NCBI GenBank assembly: GCA_965112735.1 | Contig: OZ218960.1 | Location: forward strand, 434,001 to 498,000 | Length of the DNA stretch: 64,000 nucleotides | Source: Phaeosaccion multiseriatum | Taxonomy: Eukaryota > Protista > Ochrophyta, other classes | Direction: 5' to 3' | Shown here: piece by piece, positions 56,001 to 64,000 of the stretch | Layout of the letters: each line of letters begins with the position of its first letter | Position numbering within the stretch: the stretch's first letter is position 1 | The notes under the pieces: model-generated | Database searches by the model: none | The model's input: only the letters and a program-made list of their open reading frames with translations | Told to the model about the DNA's origin: nothing | Position numbers and translations under genes: made by a program

Positions 56001-58190
56001 AGCGCGAACGATGGAGGACTTGGGACGAAAGAGGGAACAGACGGCGGATGGGCGGGTTGGAGGAAGCAGGTGCCAGGTGTGGTGGGTGACGGAGAGAGGA
56101 AGGGACGGTCGGAGGGTGAGGGTGGGGAGAGGAAGGGATGGGGGGCGAAGACGACAGTAGCATTGACAGTTGGGAGAGGGCGGGACAGGGTGTGTGGAGA
56201 CGCGATGTCTGCCTGCCGTAGTATTTATGTAGGAGGCGAGTGTCCAAAACTGACCTCCTCCTCGCCCACCCCCACACCCTCCCTCCCCCGCCTGTGCTGC
56301 ACTCCCTTCCCACGCTGAAGCCGCAGACCAGCCACTGACGGCCGTCATCGGCCTTGCCCGTCTCAGAGCACGAGGTGAGGAGGCTGGACGGAGTAGCCGG
56401 ACTTGACGAAGAGGGAGGGGAGGGTAGGGAGGGGGAGACCCAAAAGTAGGAACAAGAAGAGGGGAGTTTTTGGGGATGAGAGGGGGCAGGGAGTGCGAAA
56501 GGGAGAGGACCTGCGATGAAAGAGAGTGCACGGCCGGGAGGGTTGTTTGGGGAGAAGTATGGGATAGGCATGGTGGATGATGGCGGTACGGAGGGATGGT
56601 TGGGGAGTGAGAGCGGAGCGAGAGGGGCAGGCGGGCGAGGACGAGCAGCATAGAGTGGAGAGAGGAGAGAAAAGGAGTAGGAGAGTGCGCGGAGAAGCGA
56701 GGTCTCCCGGCTGAAGTATTTTAACAGAAGGTGCCCACGAATAACCCCTCCTCCCCACGCACCCTCACTCAGATCAGCTCCTCTCTCTCGGAGCTGGAGC
56801 ATACCCCCGGTCGGCACACTCCGCTGATGTACTGCAGCACTCCGACGTTGGTGCGGTTCTGCTCCAGCTCCGAGAGACAGAGGAGCTGATCTCCCTCCTT
56901 GGCTTTGGAGAGGACCGATCCAGGCACCGCAGGCAGGTAGGTGGGAGGGCAGCAGTGCCCAGGTTGTTGGTCAAGATGTCTGCCGCCTGGTGGGCCGTCT
57001 CCACATACTCCATGGAGATCGGCTCCAACTACATCCTCATCATGGGCCCTTCTGCGCCGGCTATCGACGCAGCTGCCATGGAGATCCTCCCCCGTCTCTC
57101 CTTGAACCCCGACCCACACCGAGGCCACAGACGCTGGCGGCCGACATAGACTCCGCCCGTCCATGGGCAAGAGGTGTGCACATTCGACGGAATAGCTGGG
57201 CGGGATGGGGAGCGAAGGTCGAACAGAATAAAAGGAGGGTGGACGGACGAGGCAGGGCCCAAGACGAAAGAGGGCGCCACCGGGCTAGATGGAGAAAAGG
57301 GCAGACAGAGGGGTCTTGCAGGATGGCTTGGTGGGTGCAGCAGAGCGGCGTGGATGGAGGGTATGTTGGAAATTTTCGGGGTAACAAGTGACTGACGCGG
57401 CGAAGCTGACCCCACGGCTATGACGACCCAACCATAGACGAATGAGTATACACGAACACCCCCCCCCCCCCCCCACATCCGTATGCACAACGAACCCCGC
57501 CTCGACAGAGCATAGCTTGGCGTAGGAGGAGGGAGAGGCGACAGTACAAGAGGAGACGAGTGAACGCACACGGAATGAAGCAGAGAAAGTGGCGCGGAGA
57601 CGTACGTCGAAATGAAGGGAGACAAGGCGGCCTGTCAAGCCCCTGACGGGGGGGCCCGACGCATTTCCAGTAGCACATCTGCCAGCCCCCCCCCCCCCCC
57701 CCCCCAGTAACACGCCACTGGCCGCCGGCTGGTAGCAGGTAGCACGTTGGCTGCAGCCGGCTGGTAGCAGATAGCACGCCGGCTGTGAGCAATACTAGCA
57801 GGTAGATAGTAATTGGTCCGCTACTGTCCCGGGGACGTACACAACCGCTGTGTGATGTTTTGAAAGTCAATGTATTATCCAAACCCAAACCCAACCAAAC
57901 ACCGCGCCCGCTGTTCTCGGCTTCACGCCCCTCCGCCACCCGGCTCACACGCACGTCCCTGGGACGTCCACTTGCGCCCGTGCGGGGGACGTCCACACGC
58001 GTTCTCGGCCAAAGCACGACCCGTCTAATGTACGCGCCTCGGACAGGCGCCGCTCGGACGTCCCGGGAACGTCCGAACGTCCCGGAACGTCCTTGGGTTT
58101 TTGGACGTTCCGAGTACGCCTCTTACCATGGCGTCCCAGAAACGTAACGACTTTTTGGATGGCCAGGGGACGGCACCCGATGCCCCTTGA
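53079..58190. mobile_element. 5.1 kb TIR element (~60-bp TIRs, subterminal GGACGTCC repeats, 2-bp TSD), no recognisable transposase
   Basis: 53077-53137 is the reverse complement of 58132-58192 with one mismatch; flanks ca-cg|TCAAGGGG...CCCCTTGA|cg-ca. Confidence 0.85.
54950..55384 (-). CDS. Uncharacterised ORF carried inside the TIR element
   Basis: 144-aa ATG ORF with non-repetitive, helical-looking composition; no family recognised. Confidence 0.3.
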   Translation of the reverse strand: MPDATGPPPLLAVEMNLITVLLPLLLLAVGVARRGGPGYSPPSGDEGADGNGGDCISTPLRQGVFDPRTAAALEAVIDAARARLDDIDERARFSAAMRQQVSALDGNQLRGTALALRTLPRAYTEESTSPERQPDRQDVGSEYL

Positions 58191-59244
58191 CGCAAGCAAT
58201 TTGTGTGCGTACTACATTACTTTTAGACAACCATAGATGGCACTTAGACCTATATAAGATTTCTTCGTTATCCCATATGCCTCTAAATATGAAAATGCTG
58301 CACGCTCAGCGCTCTAACCATATGCCTCTACTTTTGTGCCTCTACACTGTACAATTTTTCCTCCGGACCGGCTCCACACCGTCTTTTCGTGTATAGAAGT
58401 AAGCCCCCCAGTTTACACAGCAAAGTGTGCAGCAATAAGTACGTGCTTTGCAGTGTGCCTGATGCTCTTCATCTCTTCCTTACCCTTACCTATCTGTTAT
58501 GCCGCCAAGCCTTTTTTTTTTTCTCCTTACGCGGTTCCCCCTTCTCCTGTTCCTGATATGTCTCTTTTGTAGCGGACGTCGAGTCTTTCGTGTTCCCATC
58601 CACTTCCTCCACGCGGCACGTGCTGCCACCAGCACTTGAAGAAGTAGCCCTTGCAGTGAGGACGAGCAGTTGCCCTTGCAACAGCAAGCGTGGGTGTTGT
58701 GCCTGCAAGAGAGGACTTGATACAAGGTAAGCGGGCTGCCTTCTCCTCCTGTGTTTTCTTTCCTTCAGGCTTCAAATCTTTCTTCACTATGACCATTATT
58801 AAATCTCTTCGTCTCATCCTTAAGTGGCCGCCTTTACCTCCTGTGTTTTCTCCTTCAGGCTTTAATCTTTCTCCTTTCCCCCTCCTGTTGGAAGGCCTCA
58901 GATGAGATGGGCCATAAGTCAATGGCCCAGGCCCAGGCAGATACAGTGAGAACGGGTGGCGTGGCTCTCACTATCCTATGTGCGAAGGTGGTCGTTTAGG
59001 ACTAGCATGCGATAAGTTAATAGAGGCAAGGCTGGCTGCTAGGCTGGCTTTGGGGTTGCTGTTACCTTGTCCGTGTGTCTAGTTCTATCCTATCTGTAGG
59101 CGACAGCGCATGTCGGTCGTGCGTACGTCGTTTTACAACCCCAAAGGCCCGAAAGCAGCACTTAGCCAAGAGGCTTAGGCAGGGAAGGAAGAGGCGTGTT
59201 AGGGGAGCACCGTGCGGCACATACGCAGTGCCGTACGACGTGCG

Positions 59245-59930
59245 ACAGCAGCGGAGTTGTTGTTGCACGGAGAGGCGGGAGTGGAGAGAGAATTGCCGGG
59301 AGTGGTGTCTACAGCGGGCACAGCTTTCGAGTGTGGCAGCAGCACGGATGTTGTTGTTGCACGGAAATGGATGCTGAAGGTTGGTGGGCAGTGGAGAGAG
59401 AGAATTGCCGGGAGTGGTGTCTACAGCGGGCACAGCTTTCGAGTGTGGCAGCAGCACGGATGTTGTTGTTGCACGGAAATGGATGCTGGAGGTTGGTGGG
59501 CAGTGGAGAGAGAGAATTGCCGGGAGCGGTGTCTTACAGCGGGCACAGCTTTCGAGTGTGGCAGCAGCACGGATGTTGTTGTTGCACGGAAATGGATGCT
59601 GGAGGTTGGTGGGCAGTGGAGAGAGAGAATTGCCGGGAGTGGTGTCTACAGCGGGCACAGCTTTCGAGTGTGGCAGCAGCACGGATGTTGTTGTTGGACG
59701 GAAATGGATGCTGGAGTTTGGTGGGCAGGGGAGAGAGAGAATTGCCGGGAGCGGTGTCTTACAGCGGGCACGGCTTTCGAGTGTGACAGCAGCACGGATG
59801 TTGTTGTTGCACGGAAATGGATGCTGGAGGTTGGTGGGCAGTGGAGAGAGAGAGTTGCCGGGAGCGGTGTCTTACAGCGGGCACGGCTTTCGAGTGCGGC
59901 AGCAGCACGGATGTTGTTGTTGCACGGAGC
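59245..59930. repeat. ~112-113 bp tandem repeat, about 6 copies, inside the Helitron
   Basis: GAATTGCCGGGAG recurs at ~59290, 59402, 59514, 59627, 59740, 59853. Confidence 0.92.
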
Positions 59931-61180
59931 TTGGTGGGAGACAGAGAAGGATACTCGCAAGGCTGCTTTAGGGACTGTCTGGGTGCCTTGTAGACACACC
60001 AGTAAACACTTTAGCAGTCAGCATTAGTGGTGCGCAACGAGGCTTTGGCAACGCTGGTGGCGAGTAGGAGTGGAGAAAGATATGGCGCGGGTGAGTTTGA
60101 GTCGTGGGATCTTCTCATCCGTGAGCCTGTGTGGGTGAGTTTGAGTCGTGGGATTTTCTCATCAATACAGGGGGTGTGTGTGGGAGGAGCGGTCGCACAC
60201 ATCTGGGTGAGTGTTGCATAATGCTCATCCGTTTTCTTTTTTTGGAAGCAGCATGGAGGCTTGTGCGACAGTCGAGCTTCAGTAGGCGAATCCGCTTGTG
60301 TTGCGTGGGGACACGCAACAGTCTTGTCAAGGGGATGTTGGAAGTGGCGGATAGCTATTGGGGATGTTGGAAGGCCCCGGGATAGGCATTGGGGATGTTG
60401 GAAGGCCTCAGATGAGATGGGCCATAAGTCAATGGCCCAGGCCCAGGCAGATACAGTGAGAACGGGTGGCGTGGCTCTCACTATCCTATGTGCGAAGGTG
60501 GTCGTTTAGGACTAGCATGCGATAAGTTAATAGAGGCAAGGCTGGCTGCTAGGCTGGCTTTGGGGTTGCTGTTACCTTGTCCGTGTGTCTAGTTCTATCC
60601 TATCTGTAGGCGACAGCGCATGTCGGTCGTGCTTTCCTACACCCGGCTCTTTTGCTCCTGTGTTTTCTTTCCTTCAGGCTTTAAATCTTTTTCCTTTCCC
60701 CCTCTTTCCTACACCCGGCTACTAGAGGCTACGACAGCGAGAAGTGGGTCCTTCACTCCAACATAGGTAAGTACCCTTGCGTAGGCAAGTAGTGGATAAT
60801 TTTCTCTCTTTCAGGCTTTAAATCTTTCTCCTTTCCCCCTCTTTCCTACACCCGGCTACTAGAGGCTACGACAGCGAGGAGTGGGTCCTTCACTCCAACA
60901 CAGGTAAGTACCCTTGCGAAGGAAAGTAGAGGGTAGTTAGACTTCATTCAAAGCTGTTCCTTTACCATTTAAACCACTTGCCTTTTACCATTTACACGTG
61001 AATTACCAGTACCTTTTACCCTTCCTTTACCATTTAAACCACTTGCCTTTTACCATTTACACGTGTACCTTTACCATTGACACCACTTAAACCAATTTAC
61101 GTGCAAGATTTTCCCTTGACACCATTCAAACCAATTCACTTGCAAGATTTTCTTATCCACGAGATTCTATTATCTTTACA

Positions 61181-61950
61181 ATGCAGTGCGAGGACGGTGG
61201 CTTCCTGGAGTGCAAAAATGGCTCCACTGTTCCTCCTTCCTCACCTACAATTCCTGACCCTGTCGCCGATGCCAAACAAATCCCGACCTCTTTATCCTCC
61301 TCTTCCTTTTCCTGCCCCTCCACATTGCCCACCTCACATACTCTTCCTCCCACTATTGCCGAGTCCAAAAGCCCCGCTCCATCCCCTCCTCCAGTTTTGC
61401 TCCAGTCTTCGCCCCGCACTACCCCTCTCCATCCCGTTGCTCCCCTGTCCATGTCTTCATCAGAACGCTGTCGCCTTGCTAGGGTGCACCGCATGAACAT
61501 CCGTACTGCGCGCGCCTCGCTTCGTCACCAGTCCCACCCTGTCTCTTCCTCAACACTCCACCTCCACACCTCCACTTGCACCTCAGCCCCCTCCACGTGC
61601 CCCTCGTCGTCCTCCTCGTCACCCTCCACGTGCCCCTCGTCGCCCTCCTCGTCACCCGCATACTACCCCTGATCGGCCAGCCCATATTGGCATTGTCTCC
61701 CATGAGGAATGTTCCGCCCATCCGCACAGGTACCTGGATGACCCTCCCTTCACTCCCAGAGACATTTCCAACATCTGCCCCCACTGCTCCACCCGTCTCC
61801 TCGATGGAGAAACCACCTCCTGCTGTAACAAAGGCCAGCACGTCATAGAACCTCTTCCCGACCTTCCCCAAGACATGATAGACCGTCTTACCACCTGCAC
61901 TCGCTTCTACAAAGACCACCGCAAGATGAACGGATTGTTCAGCTTCACTA
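61181..61950 (+). pseudogene. Helitron Rep-helicase N-terminal fragment (frameshifted, truncated)
   Basis: A frame not in the ORF track reads ICPHCSTRLLDGETTSCCNKGQHVIEPLPDLP...FYKDHRKMNGLFSFT (Cys at 61776), the typical RepHel Zn-finger/YNxxFAFT region. Confidence 0.82.
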
Positions 61951-62697
61951 TAAGATTTCTTTTACCCGTACGCCTCCAAATGTGCCAAAATGCTGCACGC
62001 TCAGCGCTCTAACCATATGCCTCTACGATTTTCCTCCGGAACGGCTCCCCACTGCCTTTTCCTGTAGTACAGGCTCCCCGGTACCTCGTCCAGCACGCTG
62101 GGCGCCCCCTTCGTGCGGGAAAATCCGCTTGAAGATGACTTTTCACCCGCTGGCACTTTCTGGCCAGTACCCACGCTGTGCCTATTTTCTTTTTTGTAGC
62201 TTCTCTGTCCCCCCCCCTTTCTCTTCGTCTGTCTTCTCTCCTACAGCCACCTCTTCTCCTTCCCATCCTCTATCTTCTCTCCTGCAGACTTCGAGTCTTT
62301 CGCCTTCCCACCCATTTCCTCCACGCGGCAGCCGATTTCCTGCATGGATTACCTGCAGGCCCACAAGCTCAAGTCCGGAGACGCATCGCAGCCAGCCAGA
62401 CCGTTATCTGGAGACGCATCGCATCGCAGCCAGACTAACCTCCTCCCCCCCCCCCCCTTGCTCCTTCCACATCCTGCACTCGCCATTTGTGAGTCCCTCC
62501 TACTTTTGCTCCTCCTGCGCGCCTCCCCTCCCCCTTTCACCTTCCTATCCTCCACTCTCCCTTCTCCCACTTCTTGCCAACTCCAACCCTCTTCTCTCCT
62601 CCTCCTCCCTGCCGAGGGCGCAGCCCGAAGCAACACCTTGTAAGGGTGTAATATAAAAACAACGTACTACATACACCAAGTAGGACCAGTGTTTGTG

Positions 62698-64000
62698 ATG
62701 TCTAACGTTCTAGAGGGACAGCGTAGAATGCTCACGGCCTTCTTCCACGCCACGGGAGGACCCGACTGGTCTAACATCGCAGGATGGAACACGAAAGCAC
62801 CAGTAGAAAACTGGGCCGGAGTGACGGTAGAGAATGACTATGTTGTGAAGCTCAATCTGTGGGCGAACCGCCTCAAAGGTGAGAGAGACGTGATTATGGT
62901 TGTTCCGCCTGAGGTCCTGAAGAGTATTCTGAAGTATTTCCAGAATGTTCGGAAGTTTTCTCTCTGTTCATGCATCTAGATGTGTTGGGTCTAGAATATT
63001 CGGGAAGGACAATCAAAGCGGGACAAGAGAAGGCACGAGGCGCGGCATGGTGTGGTAGTTCAGCGACCCGTTCGCGTCCCTTTCACTTGATATTAGTGTG
63101 ACCAAAGAACTTTCCTTGCTCCGCAGGGACCATTCCGTTGGAGTTGGGGAAGCTGACAGAGCTTCGAGAACTCCACCTGTCAAAGAACAATCTAGAAGGT
63201 AGGTGGTACGCGTACCTGTTCGCGTCCCATTCACTTGATATTAGTGTGACTCAAGAACTTTCCTCCGCTCCGCAGGGAGCATTCCGAAGGAGTTGGGGAA
63301 GCTTTCAAACCTTCGAGAACTTAAACTGTCATGGAACTCTCTAGAAGGTGAGTGGTACGCGAACCCGTTCGCGTCCCTTTCACTTGATGTAAGTATGGCT
63401 GAAGAACTTTCCTCCGCTCCGCAGGGAACATTCCGCCCGAGCTTGGAAGTCTTGAGAACCTGGCGGTGCTCAACCTGCGGGCCAACGAGCTCACTGGTAA
63501 GTGGTACGCACACCCGTTCGCGTCCCTTTGACTTGATATTAGTGTGACCAAAGAACTTTCCCCCGCTCCATAGGGAGCATTCCAGCTGAGCTTGGAGGTC
63601 TGGAGAAGCTTGAGAAGTTGGGCCTCGCCGACAACAAGCTCACTGGTGAGTGGTACGCACACCCGTCGGCGTCCCTTTCACTTGATTTGAGTATGACCAA
63701 AGAACTGTCCTCCGCTTCGCAGGGAACATTCCACCCGAGCTTAGACGTCTGGGAAATCTTACGGTTTTAAGCCTCTTCTCCAACAAGATCACTGGTGAGT
63801 GGTACGCACACCCGTTCGCGTCCTCTTGACTTGATATTTGTATGACTGAAGAACTATCCTCACATCTCAGGGAGGATTCCGCCGCAATTTGGACAGCTTT
63901 CCAACCTTCGAGAACTTTGGCTCTCCGGGAACCGTCTAGAAGGTGAGTGGTACGCACACCCGTTCGCGTCCCTTTCACCTGATGTTAGTGTGACCAAAGA
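62698..64000 (+). CDS. LRR receptor-like gene (ROCO-like N-terminus possible): capping exon plus 72-nt single-LRR exons; runs off the window
   Basis: Exon 62698-62878 (LTAFFHATGGPDW..GW..W.GVTV) then 63127-63198, 63276-63347, 63425-63496, 63574-63645, 63723-63794, 63871-63942, each a GxIPxxxxxLxxLxxLxLxxNx(L/I)x repeat, phase-1 GT-AG introns. Confidence 0.93.

Larger units (their letters stand above)
58245..62640 (+). mobile_element. Non-autonomous Helitron (T^T insertion, Helitron2/Helentron-like) with truncated Rep-helicase
   Basis: Ends defined by the interrupted CRE stub; 3' hairpin GGGC-GCA-GCCC (62616-62626) 10 nt before terminal CTTG; internal RepHel N-terminal fragment and satellites. 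Confidence 0.8.
58208..62672 (+). mobile_element. CRE retroposon 3' stub with A-rich tail and 10-bp TSD (CGTACTACAT), split by the Helitron
   Basis: TSD at 58208-58217 and 62663-62672; the two halves rejoin to match the reverse complement of 29562-29607. Confidence 0.85.

Noticed and set aside
59062-60027. Several ~200-270 aa repetitive ORFs
   Set aside because: Products of the 112-113 bp satellite, whose unit length shifts frame between copies.
63050-64000. CRISPR array (repeat-spacer pattern)
   Set aside because: Repeats are 77-nt GT-AG introns, the 'spacers' are homologous LRR exons, there are no cas genes, and the context is eukaryotic.

Overview
Eukaryotic, intron-rich, microsatellite-laden DNA, most consistent with a photosynthetic stramenopile (ochrophyte). 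The basis is three genes with signal-peptide + 'AF/GF' bipartite plastid-targeting N-termini and a brown-alga-style one-LRR-per-exon gene. Bases 1-48.4 kb hold compact host genes, several in head-to-head pairs: an RNI-type LRR protein, TEX10/Ipi1, a tandem two-domain uroporphyrinogen-III methyltransferase, adenylosuccinate synthetase, a DUF900 hydrolase, a TMEM220-like protein, a divergent myosin fused to a C-terminal Tubby domain, a pheophytinase-like hydrolase and a DUF2993-like protein. Two short DNA words (GTTGGTGATAC and GATGGCAGTGGATGG) are scattered through exons and introns on both strands and in several reading frames. Bases 50-64 kb are a nest of mobile elements whose insertion order can be read from the sequence: a 5.1 kb TIR element, and a CRE retroposon 3' stub with a 10-bp TSD into which a 4.4 kb Helitron inserted. 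Removing them leaves a giant-virus/phage-type HNH endonuclease ORF head-to-head, about 136 bp apart, with an LRR gene built of variable 72-nt exons and near-identical 77-nt introns. This pairing is the best candidate for an undescribed system. All calls come from manual reading and motif recognition; no searches were run.
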